Virus record (IMG/VR): IMGVR_UViG_3300003962_000006
Location: 48,181 to 112,180 of that record
DNA: 64,000 nucleotides
From: a virus
Lineage: Duplodnaviria; Caudoviricetes
Strand: one strand, 5' to 3'
Positions 52,786 through 63,244 of the stretch are shown here, one piece after another (positions within the stretch are counted from its first letter, which is position 1; each line of letters opens with the position of its first letter). Made by a program: the position numbers and the translations under genes. The notes below the pieces were generated by a model. It saw only the letters and a program-made list of their open reading frames with translations. It did no database searches and was not told the DNA's origin.

Positions 52786-53046
52786 GTCATGAGGAATTCT
52801 AAAAAGATTGATGTTATTGGCGTCGCTGGAACCAAAATCATCACTGATACGAATTGGAAAATAAGAAATGTTGGTTCTGGATTTTCGGTCTTTGAGCGAA
52901 CGATAGAATTTGATAGAGAACTCGAAGATAAAGAGGTTTGGGATGTTGTTGAGCAGTTGAGCGGAAAATCCCCGGGCCGAACGGAAATAACCTTTCAAGT
53001 TTTCAAGAAAACTCGCTACAAATTTTCAACCTATTGAGAAAATTGT

Positions 53047-53438
53047 ATGATGCTATTTCTATTATTGCCTACGTATTTTAATTGGCGCCGAAAAATTCGC
53101 AAACGCCATTATGAAGTTCCATTTGTGGATTTAGGGGAAGCAGCAATTAAGCAAATAATGTTTCAAAATCTTAACCCAAGACTTAAATCTCTTAAAAAAA
53201 TAAAGGTTTTCAAGTGCATCCTTTGAAGATAGAGTTTAACCTTAAGGATTTAGTTGTTTTAACTTACCCTTTAAAAAGGACAGATTTCAAAAAATACTGT
53301 TATTGGGCTTTTTATCTTAAACCTACCGCCTTCTTGTTTTACACAACTAAACCTACCGCCTTCTTGTTTTACACAATTAAACCGGAAGGTTATTCAAACC
53401 TGTCTTTCCTCACGATAAAGGTTTTCAAACTTCTATGA
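53047..53438 (+). other. 2 IKLFKxL-family small ORFs (53047-53226 untracked)
   Basis: Ends IKVFKCIL, IKVFKLL. Confidence 0.65.
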
Positions 53439-55578
53439 AAAATTTAATCATTCAAACTCAAATCTTTAATCTTCAAAGCATTCTCGGCCATGTTAATCAA
53501 GACATTATTCATTTTTCAACCAACGAAATAGACTTTGACCGCGCCGAAGACGCTGAATACGAAAAAAAGCTCATTTTGCAAGAGATTGAGGATTGCTATG
53601 ACGCCCTCTTCCTGCTAGATTCGGTCGCAAGGAGTTAGAAAATGCCTCTTTCTATTATCGGCATCCAAGAAACCATTTACCAAATTCGTGACAACCTTTT
53701 GAAGGTCCCAAATCTTCCTGTTGATGTTCTTAAGAAAAGCGACGATGATTTTTCAATTGTCTGTTGCATCTACCGCCCAAAAACTTTGGAATTTTCTTTC
53801 AATTTTTATGAACCAAAGTTGAAAATGCTTTTTAAACGAGATGATAAAGTAATTAAGGAAAGCATTATTCCCCTTGACAAAATGTTTGACGTTAAGCAAT
53901 TGGAACTTATCGGGAAAATGGCACAAGAATGGTGCCTCAAAGAAAGCAACATTCTTTTATGCAAAGAGGTTTAAAAAGTGGATAAACGAAGATTTTTTTT
54001 AGGAAATGTTCCCGAAGGGGAAGAGCCAATTTTATTGGACGACATTGATTATTTTGAGAATTGCGAACAATCTTGCAAGGATTTCATAAGATTAATTCGT
54101 AAGAAGTTAGGCAGGGAGCCGCCGGATTCAAAATTAAAACTTTTAAGAGATGCGGATGACGATTCCGGACAAGAAACAATTCAGGTTGTTTTTGTTTATA
54201 ATGAAGATGACGATGATTGCCTTGACTATCTCGAAAAGTTGGAGCAAGATTGCCCTAAGACTTGGGATGATGATTGCGGAGAGGAATAAGCACAATGGGC
54301 GGCTCAATTAACATAACGCTTCGGAAAAATGATGGCAAGACTAAAAGGAAAATAAAATGAACCCTTATTTTGAAAAAGAAGAAGACCAGAAAACGCTTAT
54401 TTATAACAACGCCGACTATCACCGCTTCTTTTTGGAGGCCCGCAAGCTTGACTTTCGTGTTGTGCAAAGGCAGGATGGAAGGCCAATGATTAAGACCGAT
54501 AAGTGGGCCGTCTGGTCTATGTTGAATTATTTTTCAATTCCTGTTCATTATTTCCGGGGAAAGAACAAGACAGATTTCTTTATTTATCCAAAGAAGTCAT
54601 GAAAAAGAAACCAACAAAAAGACGAAATCCCTTTGCGCTTCCCGCAAAGATGAGAAAAGTTAAGAAATTTAAATCTAAAAAGGATTATAAAAGAGTTAAA
54701 AAAGTTGAAGTTGAATAGACTTTTTATCTTTTAAAGAAAGAATTATTATGGACACCGTTTCTGCCGCAGAACTTCTCGCCTCCAAAACCCCCGCAATTGT
54801 TTTTGAATCTTTCTTGAAGAAAGCGAAAAATACAAAGCTGGAAATTGAAGAAGACATTAAAAAAGCAAGAATGAATTTTCATCCTCAAAATGAACTTAAA
54901 TTCAAGGAAGAGCTTAAAAACTTTCTCGCCAAAGAAGAAATGATTATCACGATGTTCATTAAAAGCGGGTACATTCCGCTTTTCGCGAGCGCGCAAGAAC
55001 TATCAAAATCTTTTATTGTTTATGCGTGAAAGAAATTTAAAATGAAAATTACAATTACAATGAAAAACCCAGACGCTCTCTTAGATGGCATTGATGATGC
55101 CATCAAAGAAGAGATTGAAGAACTTCAATTACCTCCTGATGAAGCCGAAGCTCTTTTTGAGGTCCGGCAAGAAAGAATTAAAAAGATTGCCTCCAAATGG
55201 TTTGAATACGGAGAATACCTCTCCGTCCAAATTGACACCGAGAGCGAGTCCATCGCGGTCCTTCCGGTCAATCCCTAATGGGGGCAAGATGCCCCCTTGA
55301 CACACAACATTCGGTCGTGCTATTGTTCATAGCGCGTGGAGGAGGAATAAGCTATGAACTTGTACAAGGTTGTTTGCACTGGCCATGTTCACCGGCTATC
55401 CTATTGCGTCATCGCGCAAACGGAGTTCAAGGCCAAGATGATGGCTCTCTCTGAGACCACCCAGAGGTTTCAGGTGGGCAAGTCCTCAGTCAAAGATGCC
55501 GAGGTGCTCAAAATGAACGTTCAGGCGAACGCACCCTGTTGTTTCTTGATTGAGCAGATTAAACCAAAGAGTTAAATT

Positions 55579-56902
55579 ATGTTGGTTGCGACCAGAAACT
55601 ATTTATTTAATGTCTATGTGTGGGTTAAAGCATTCCCTTTTGTGTACCCAAAAACTTATAACAACAGAGCAATTGGATTGTCTTTTTTAGGTAAAGGGTT
55701 AGAGCGGTGGAGTATTATCACCGCGCCGTATTTTTATTATGGGAGTAGCTCAATCAAAGTCTTCAAGTATTCAAAAAAGATTATCAAAGAGTTTAAATTA
55801 TGCTGAAAATTTCGGATTCAACTTCGACCACGCCTGAAAAATTGTTGGTGTGGATAGAAACTTTTGAAGTTTTTTTGATCTCATTTAATAATCCATTTTT
55901 CGGTTTATGTTTTTTAAATTACCTGAATTATGACCTTAATAATGTTTGTTTGGTTGCGAATGATAATTTTCGTTCTCCGAATGCATTTGTAAAAAACGCT
56001 TCGGTTCCTAACAATTTCATCAAAATTTATAAGGCCTTATAAAAATGTTTTTCAATAATCAAGGATGGCTTAATTTAAAGTCTTATGTTTTTTACCTTAA
56101 AAAAGGGATTTATGAACATTTAGGCTTTCACTTTTTTTATTCTAACTATGAAGTTTTTTCTGATGAATTTGGCCTTATTTTTGAGGAAGTTTTTTTTCAT
56201 AAACCAATCCCGCTTAAGTTTATTAAGCTCTTTAAAACATTATGAATTTCCTCGAAGCAGCGCTCAAAGCCAAACAAGAAAGTCGATGGTTCCGCTTGAC
56301 CACCTGGCGAGGTTTCTGCTATGCTTTTGGATGGGTTGGTGACGAGTTGGTCATAACGACCAATGACAATTGGAAGTTCATTTCAATAACCGGGAAGGAT
56401 TTGGAAGGGATTTGGGAGGTTATTGACCCATTTGATTGTGAAACATCTGGTGCCGCGATTTTGATGGAAGATTTATGATTTCTTTTAATAAAGAAAGTTA
56501 TGGTCTTTTCATTAATCTAAAAACCTTTTTTATTTATTATTGGAAGGAAGGCATCTATAAATATAAAGGATTTTGTCTTTTTGATTACGACCTCTCTGGA
56601 CAAAGATTTCAGCATCTTTATGAGATTTCAAGCGCCAAATGTTTCAAATTTCCGGTTCCTAATAAATTGATAAAAATTTTTAGGTTATTATGATTTATTT
56701 TAATAAAAGCGATTTTCATAAAGAAATTTATCTTAATTTAAAAACAATTCCATTTTTTTTTCATCATTGCTATAGTCTTGTAGGGTATTGTTTAATGGAT
56801 TACAGCATGAAAACGATCTACCCTCTCTCCTTCCAGGATGGCACAGCTTTTCGGTATCCCCTTGACAACAAAACCATCAAGCTCTATCTTATAGGCAAAT
56901 AA
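55579..56902 (+). other. cluster of 5 IKLFKxL-family small ORFs (one unrelated ORF at 56242)
   Basis: Shared 'NLK.F....Y...G.C/H..P...IK'; ends IKEFKLC, IKIYKAL, IKLFKTL, IKIFRLL, IKLYLIGK. Confidence 0.72.
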
Positions 56903-57015
56903 AATGTCTTTTGTCATCATTCTTTCAATTCCACTTCTATTCCCTAACAAGATGTTCGAAATTCGCTGGAACAAAATATCTGGACTTTCCATTCGACAGG
57001 TGCTATAACAATCTT

Positions 57016-57516
57016 ATGCTTAACCGCAAATCTCGCGTTGAAAGAATTAAAAAAAATGTTAATCTTTTTGATTATTCCGCCTGCGCTTTGTCTTTTAATG
57101 ATGATAAAAATGTAAATTTTGTTTATCGAAGCCTCTCCAACTTTGGGGGAAAAGAGTTTTTTGTGGTCGGCTCGCCAACTTGGGCAAAAGGAGCGACCAA
57201 CGGGTTGCAGGACTTTATCAAGGTTCATCATTTTCAGGATTTTTCTTCTTTTTTCAAGTTCATTAGAGAAGAGACGGATTATACGCCAATTGCGATTGAA
57301 CAGAGCGAACGCGCTGAAAACATTTATTCTTTTGAATACCCGCGAAAACCTTTGTTCATCTTCGGGAACGAGTCTTATGGGCTTAACGACGAGGTTCTGT
57401 TAAACTGTTCCAAGGTTGTCGAAATTCCGCTCTATGGAAATCACCCTTGCGCAAATGTCGGGGTTTGTTCTGGAATTGTTTTTTATGATTTTACGAAGAA
57501 ACTTGTTAGTTTTTAA
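57016..57516 (+). CDS. SpoU/TrmH-family RNA methyltransferase
   Basis: 'N...VYRS..NFG', 'FIFGNESYGL', 'VEIPLYG...C.NVGV..GI'. Confidence 0.85.
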   Translation: MLNRKSRVERIKKNVNLFDYSACALSFNDDKNVNFVYRSLSNFGGKEFFVVGSPTWAKGATNGLQDFIKVHHFQDFSSFFKFIREETDYTPIAIEQSERAENIYSFEYPRKPLFIFGNESYGLNDEVLLNCSKVVEIPLYGNHPCANVGVCSGIVFYDFTKKLVSF

Positions 57517-58394
57517 AAGTCTTTTTCAACATAAATTCGATTGAATTCAACATTTATTGAGTTTTGATTTGAGGCCGAAAAAGAGGATGCAATGTTCCCA
57601 TGAATGTGCATCATTTGGTCTGGCCGAGGCATGTAAGTTCCTGTATAAGAAACGTTGTCGTGAATGACTTCGCCGGTTGTTTGATTAACAATTCTAAAAG
57701 TTATTGTGCTCCCGTTTGGAGCCGAGAACATTGTTAAATCTATTAAAGAACCCGTCCAAGCTGTTGCTGTGACGCCCAAATCAACGATGTTTACGTTGGT
57801 TGCGTTTCCTCCACGGAAAATAAGTTCCCAGTTGTTGCTCACCGCGCGTTTTCCTAAACAAACCGTATCATTTTGCGTATCTGGTTCGACGGTCATAACG
57901 GTGCTTCTTGACGAAAGCCCAAAGCAAGATTTAAATGAAGCGGAAGGAACCGTTCCAGGAGAAAATCGCATAAAGAAGAACCAACCCCCTGCGCCGGTTA
58001 TGTTCCCACCGCGCCAGCATTCTGGCCCCGGTGAGACAACTCCAGCACATGCGGCGGAGGCAAAGCCGTTGGTCGTGGCGTATCTTATTCTTCGCGTCTG
58101 GTTGCGAAGGCTTGTATTTGTTATTGCTGGATTTGACACAGTGCCGGTTCCGGTCCATAATGTCCCAATGGCCGCCGGAACTGTGGTTGTATTTGTCGGA
58201 GAAAGTAAAATGATGCTATTTCCAAACAAGGCGGGCTGGAAGGCGCTTTCGACACCGGCCGGGCCAACAAATTCCGGAACCATTCTTCCTGCTCGGTTTC
58301 GAGAATACAAATGGAGAATATTAGACCCTGAAGCCGGAATTGTGTCTGGCGCCCGAGAAGTTCCGGAAATTTCAATGTAAGGAAAAAACGTCAT
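57513..58394 (-). CDS. putative virion structural/fiber-like beta-rich protein
   Basis: T/G/S/N-rich and beta-type; only long - strand gene; TAATTA upstream as for tail genes. Confidence 0.5.
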   Translation of the reverse strand: MTFFPYIEISGTSRAPDTIPASGSNILHLYSRNRAGRMVPEFVGPAGVESAFQPALFGNSIILLSPTNTTTVPAAIGTLWTGTGTVSNPAITNTSLRNQTRRIRYATTNGFASAACAGVVSPGPECWRGGNITGAGGWFFFMRFSPGTVPSASFKSCFGLSSRSTVMTVEPDTQNDTVCLGKRAVSNNWELIFRGGNATNVNIVDLGVTATAWTGSLIDLTMFSAPNGSTITFRIVNQTTGEVIHDNVSYTGTYMPRPDQMMHIHGNIASSFSASNQNSINVEFNRIYVEKDF

Positions 58395-58432
58395 AACTTT
58401 AATTAATTAAGAAAAAAGTTTTTGGTCAATGC

Positions 58433-58461
58433 TTGACAAAGCATCGACCAAGAGCTACCCT
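58433..58461 (+). promoter_or_regulatory. sigma70-type promoter
   Basis: TTGACA-17nt-TACCCT. Confidence 0.5.
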
Positions 58462-59955
58462 TCTCTAACAAAGGATTTCCCAAAATGTCTAAAAATTTCT
58501 ATGTCTTTCCAACCGATAAAGTTTTTCGAAATGAAACCGGGCAGATTTCCCGACCAGAAAGTGAAGGACCGGCCGTTATAAGGGAAAACGGAGACCAATT
58601 TTGGTTTCTCGATGGGGAATTGCACCGCGTTGGCGGCCCGGCTGCTGAAATGTTCTCTATCGGCAAATTTTCTTGGTATGTTCATGGCGAACGGAAAAAC
58701 CCTTCCAACAATGCCGATAAACCTATCGTTGAATACGCCAGCGGCCGGGCAGTCTCTCGGGAAGATGTCGAAAACATCGAGATGAAAATCGGCATTAAAC
58801 AAATGATTTTGGGAACAATACTTTTCCCATTTATGTTGGTCGGGATGTTTGTTCAGGTTATTCTCGCAAAGAACATCAGCGGAAAAAAGAAGATGAAAGT
58901 TATTTTTCTTGAAATGCCTTACATTTTCCTTCTTCAATTTGTTAATGTTTTCTTTCTTTTCCAAACCATTTTCAAGTTTTATTGTTCCAAAATCTCCAAA
59001 TCGTTGAGGAAATCCAAATGAATTGCCTTGACCTCTGGCACCAATTCGATTATACCAAGGAAGAGATGCCCGACCGTTCTAAACCATGTCCGAAATGCGG
59101 AATGACCGAAGTCTATCACGACCATTCAGGGTTTTCGGACACCATGCAAGGCTATGAAGCAACCTTGCGAGAGGTTTATCTCGAAGGCTATGAGGCAGGT
59201 TTGAAGGCATCCGGTAAAAAGTAATGAATTTGACAGAAGACCAAAAATTCGCTATTCAACGAACAACTTTTGAGGTTCTTTATTTTTTTAGAAATAAAAT
59301 AGATAATAAACCAAGCTTTTACGTTTCAAGAAGAGAAGTTGTTGGGGAAATTCACACAAGGCTACGAAGAAATAAAAATCATTTCTCTCTTTTGTGTAAA
59401 AGATTTCCGCCTTTTGAATTTATTTATGCGGTCGATAAACAAATTAAAAATTCTATGGAGGTTTTTATGAATGATAAAAAAACAGACGAACAAATCATAA
59501 CGGAGACGCTTTTTTTTATCGAAAGCCAATTCAAGAACATGAAAGAAAAGTCTAAAAACATTCTTGATGAAACAAACAAACTTATCGAAGAAATGAAATC
59601 AATTGACTCACTCTTGACTCAATAAGGAAATAAAAAATGTCTCAAAACAATAAACAAAATAATGTGGAAAAACTGGAAGAACTTCTCGAATTTAAGCCGG
59701 ATTCTCTTTCGCCTTTGACGAAGACCATTCTTCAAAAGATTAAAGATGATGTCCGTCAAAAGCGGGAGCAAGAAGCCGAGGCTCGTGCTCGAAAGCTCAT
59801 CGAAACCGCTCTGGAGTTGCACGCTCAAGCAAAGAAACTCGATAAAGAATACCGAGAAAACATGAACAAGATTAATGAAAATCTTGGAAAGATTTTGAAG
59901 TCTTTGTCGGTCAAGGAAGAGAGCCCGCTGGCTGAGCCAGAACCGCCGGCATCTC

Positions 59956-59984
59956 TTGACACTCTTCCTGAAGTCTGATAGTAT
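59956..59984 (+). promoter_or_regulatory. sigma70-type promoter
   Basis: TTGACA-17nt-TAGTAT. Confidence 0.55.
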
Positions 59985-60194
59985 CTCTTTTGAAGGAAAT
60001 AAAAATGACGATTTTGGAATTTGTTAAACTTGATGGTCTTTCTTTTTTGGTTCCCGGAGAGAAACTTCTCCGGGTTGTCGAAAACAAAGATGATAGAACC
60101 GATGAGGTTATTTGGGTTGTTTATGTTGCCGGCTCAAATCAACCCTATTTGGTGAAAAAAGATTCGATGTCTCACCGAACATTGTCATAAGGTC

Positions 60195-60223
60195 TTGACA
60201 GGTTGTTCGAGGTTTGGTAAGGT
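60195..60223 (+). promoter_or_regulatory. sigma70-type promoter
   Basis: TTGACA-17nt-TAAGGT. Confidence 0.55.
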
Positions 60224-60238
60224 TTTCGTAAAGGTTTC

Positions 60239-60270
60239 GGGGGCTGTTCCGTAAAAATGGCCCCTTTTTT
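60239..60270 (+). terminator. intrinsic terminator-like hairpin
   Basis: ggggc...gcccc followed by tttttt. Confidence 0.6.
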
Positions 60271-60309
60271 AGCTTAAAAAATAAAGCATAAACTTGTATA
60301 ATTAAGTTT

Positions 60310-60666
60310 ATGTCCCGTATTCGCGATAAAGAATTAAATAAAAAACATTTTAAAACTTGGTATGAAAAAAATAAAAAACTCCAAGCAAAACGATGCGCGG
60401 AAAATAGAAAAAGGATAAAGGAATGGCTTAGAGAGTTTAAAACAACTTTAAAGTGTATAAAATGTGGAGAAAATCATCCAGGTTGTTTGGATTTTCATCA
60501 TAGAGATTCCGAGGAAAAAGAAGGAGACATCTCTGGTATAGTCGGTAGAAAAGGTTGGGGTATTGAAAAAATACTGAAAGAAATAGAAAAATGCGATGTT
60601 TTATGTTCGAATTGTCATAGAAAATTGCATTATAGAGAAATACAACGCGATAGTGCTTCCAGTTGA
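60310..60666 (+). CDS. HNH endonuclease
   Basis: 'CIKCG...LDFHH...EIEKCDVLCSNCHRKLH'. Confidence 0.85.
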   Translation: MSRIRDKELNKKHFKTWYEKNKKLQAKRCAENRKRIKEWLREFKTTLKCIKCGENHPGCLDFHHRDSEEKEGDISGIVGRKGWGIEKILKEIEKCDVLCSNCHRKLHYREIQRDSASS

Positions 60667-60717
60667 GGCAGAGACTCTTATAAGGTTTCCAGCTTGGTGC
60701 GACTCCAAGCTATCGCA
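60647..60717 (+). tRNA. tRNA-Ile(UAU), atypical
   Basis: Acceptor GCGATAG/CTATCGC+A; short D arm; anticodon loop CT-TAT-AA; T arm CTTGG-TGCGACT-CCAAG. Confidence 0.7.
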
Positions 60718-61009
60718 TTTTAGAGGAGATTATGTCTTATAGAGCAAAAGCAATCGTTATAGACTATCGCCCAGAAACAAGAATGGCTATGGCCAAAGTT
60801 ATTGAAAACGGATTGTCGTTTTCTTTCTCTTCTACTTCTTTTTATGCTGGTCAATTTTCAAGGGTTCCTTCATTAAACGAAGAGGTTTTGTTGGTCATTG
60901 ATGATAAAACTTTTGAGGTCTTGGCCGCCTTTGCGGAAAAAAGAAATTGAAGAAGATAAAAAAATTCAAGAAATTTTAGATAAAAGAAAACTCGGAGAAT
61001 AAAACCACC

Positions 61010-61894
61010 ATGGGATACCTTCACATCGACAATCTTTACAAAAACCAGAAAATCTTTCTTTTTAAGGAATGCTATGCTCTTGAAAAGATTGAAGGAACCT
61101 CCGCGCACATTTCGTGGAACCTCGGCAATCTTCATTTCTATTCCGGAGGCGCCAGCCCCGAAGCCTTCCCAAAACTGTTCGACCACTCCGCCCTAACGGC
61201 GAAATTGACCGAACTTTTTGGGACGGAAACGCAAGTTTTCATTTATGGCGAGGCCTACGGTGGAAAAATCCAAAAGATGGCGGAAACTTACGGGAATGCT
61301 TTGAAGTTTGTCGCCTTTGATGTTAAAATTAAAGATAAATGGTTGGCGGTTCCGCAAGCTCACGAATTTGTTTCGCAGCTTGGATTGGAATTTGTTGCTT
61401 ACGAGAAAATTCCAGCAACCATCGAGGCTGTCGATGCAGAGCGCGATAAGCCTTCTCGGCAAGCGGAGCGAAACGGCATCTTGACCAAGCCTATCGCCGA
61501 GGGCGTTGTTCTTCGCCCACTTATTGAAATAACAATTAATAATGATGAGCGAATTATTTCTAAACATAAACGCCCAGAATTTAGCGAACGAAAATCAAAG
61601 AAGGATACAAATCTTTCACCAGACGCTATGGAATTGGAATTGAAGGTTGAGGAGCTTGCCGAAGAATGGGTCACGCCGGGCAGAATTGCGCACGTTCTTG
61701 ATAAAATCGAGGCAGAGCTTGGAAGGCCCGCTCAAATGACAGAAACCAAGAAAGTTATTGACAACACCATTCAGGACGTCTATCGTGAATCCAAGGGCGA
61801 AGTCAAAGAAGATAAGAAGTTCGAAAAGGTTGCTGGAAAGCTTGCTGGAAAGTTGTTCCGGCAGATTTTAGAAAATAGGCTGAAAGAAGTTTAA
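61010..61894 (+). CDS. RNA ligase (Rnl2-like)
   Basis: Nucleotidyltransferase motifs 'EKIEGT', 'YGE', 'AFDV', 'EGVV', 'SKHK'. Confidence 0.8.
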   Translation: MGYLHIDNLYKNQKIFLFKECYALEKIEGTSAHISWNLGNLHFYSGGASPEAFPKLFDHSALTAKLTELFGTETQVFIYGEAYGGKIQKMAETYGNALKFVAFDVKIKDKWLAVPQAHEFVSQLGLEFVAYEKIPATIEAVDAERDKPSRQAERNGILTKPIAEGVVLRPLIEITINNDERIISKHKRPEFSERKSKKDTNLSPDAMELELKVEELAEEWVTPGRIAHVLDKIEAELGRPAQMTETKKVIDNTIQDVYRESKGEVKEDKKFEKVAGKLAGKLFRQILENRLKEV

Positions 61895-61897
61895 CAA

Positions 61898-62245
61898 ATG
61901 TTAACGCGGATTAATGACTTTAAGGTTAAGCATTATAACACCATAAACAATAGATGTTCTTATTGTGATCGCTTTATTAATTTTAGTTCATCAAGAACCC
62001 GTCCAGGGAGAAATCTTAAGCATTCCATGAGAATTGCTAACAATTGTATCCCGAAAACTTTTTCGAACGGACAACTTGGTCCGGTGGCTCAGCGTGGGAC
62101 TTGGGATCATTTTTTTCCAAAATCGGAATTAAAAAAAGAAAAAACATTTAACTCCTTTGGTTCAAATTTGGTTGAGTGTTGTGAAAGGTGCAACGTTGAT
62201 AAGGGTTCTAAATTATTTTTGATTTGGCTTTTGGAAAAGAATTGA
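61898..62245 (+). CDS. HNH endonuclease
   Basis: 'CSYC...TWDHFFPKS...NLVECCERCNVDKG'. Confidence 0.8.
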   Translation: MLTRINDFKVKHYNTINNRCSYCDRFINFSSSRTRPGRNLKHSMRIANNCIPKTFSNGQLGPVAQRGTWDHFFPKSELKKEKTFNSFGSNLVECCERCNVDKGSKLFLIWLLEKN

Positions 62246-62255
62246 AATAGAAACA

Positions 62256-62311
62256 GGGGGCTAGCTGTTCTGTTCTGCGCGCAAAGTCAGGTTCGATTCC
62301 TGGCGCCTCCA
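62256..62311 (+). pseudogene. truncated tRNA-Ala-like element
   Basis: GGGGGC/GCCTCC+A acceptor with G3-U70; T arm TCAGG-TTCGATT-CCTGG; D arm largely missing. Confidence 0.45.
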
Positions 62312-62610
62312 TGGAGAAGAATTATGGATAAATGGTCTTTGTATCTTATCTTTTTTTGTTTTATGTTGATAGGATTTTTTGTTTATCCTGTACAAAACCC
62401 TTACCACCCCTCCGAGGAACATTCAAAACCAAAGCCAACCCCAGAGCAAAAAGCTCTTGATTTTGCGAAGAGTGTGGGATACTCTCCTAATAAAATTGTC
62501 TGTGGAAAAAGCAATTATTGTTGGGTTTTTGTGGATAAAAAAATCTTTTATCTTTATTGCAACCTTGATGATTATTCAGAAATGTGTTCTCTAAGAAAAG
62601 AAACAAACCT

Positions 62611-62796
62611 ATGAACTTTCAACAACGCAAACAAGAACGCAAAGATTATTACGAAAAATTTGTTAAAGGTTGGAAGAAGGTGAAATGCACCGCTTGCAAT
62701 GGGTCCGGGCGCTATGATAATGATGGGTCTCCACCTTGCGGAGCCTGTGAAGGAACCGGCAAGGTTAAAGAAAAACCGGAAACAAAGAAAGAATAA
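62611..62796 (+). CDS. small DnaJ-type zinc finger protein
   Basis: CTACNGSG and CGACEGTG. Confidence 0.7.
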   Translation: MNFQQRKQERKDYYEKFVKGWKKVKCTACNGSGRYDNDGSPPCGACEGTGKVKEKPETKKE

Positions 62797-63244
62797 AAAT
62801 GTTAGTTAATCCAAAATTTCAAAGCCGACCCTTTTTGGGAAGTCTGTTAGATTTAAGCCTTCCTAAAAAAATTGTTGATGGAGTTTATTCTGTCTTCAAC
62901 GGAACGCTGTATCTTCCTCGTAGCCAAAGTCGCCCTTTTGAGTATCAATACTCTGATTTAGGCCCAGGCGGTTCCTCATACGGAGTGTGCGACAATTGGG
63001 AGCAAATTATTGAACAAGCCCCAAATCTCTTGACTTGCCCTGAGAAACTTGCTATCTTCTTGGGCGAGGTTGTTCGAAAAGACCAACCGCCAGAAGGCGG
63101 ATGGCGATGGCACAAATGGGGGCTCTACATTGGAACGAAAAACCCTCAATGCGAGTATCTCTACGATGAAGAAGGAATTGAGAAAGTCTATTGTTATCAC
63201 ATCGTTCGTCTTTTTGATGATGAAATTGAATAAGGAATAAAATT

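Noticed and set aside
11155-56902. Diversity-generating retroelement as the source of variability
   Set aside because: No reverse transcriptase and no template/variable repeat pair differing only at adenines in this window.
57706-58380. 224-aa + strand ORF and the many short - strand ORFs opposite core genes
   Set aside because: Antisense shadows of better-supported genes, with no motifs or SD.
62078-62100. GGTCCGGTGGCTCAGCGTGG resembling a tRNA 5' end
   Set aside because: Lies inside the HNH coding frame with no matching 3' half nearby.
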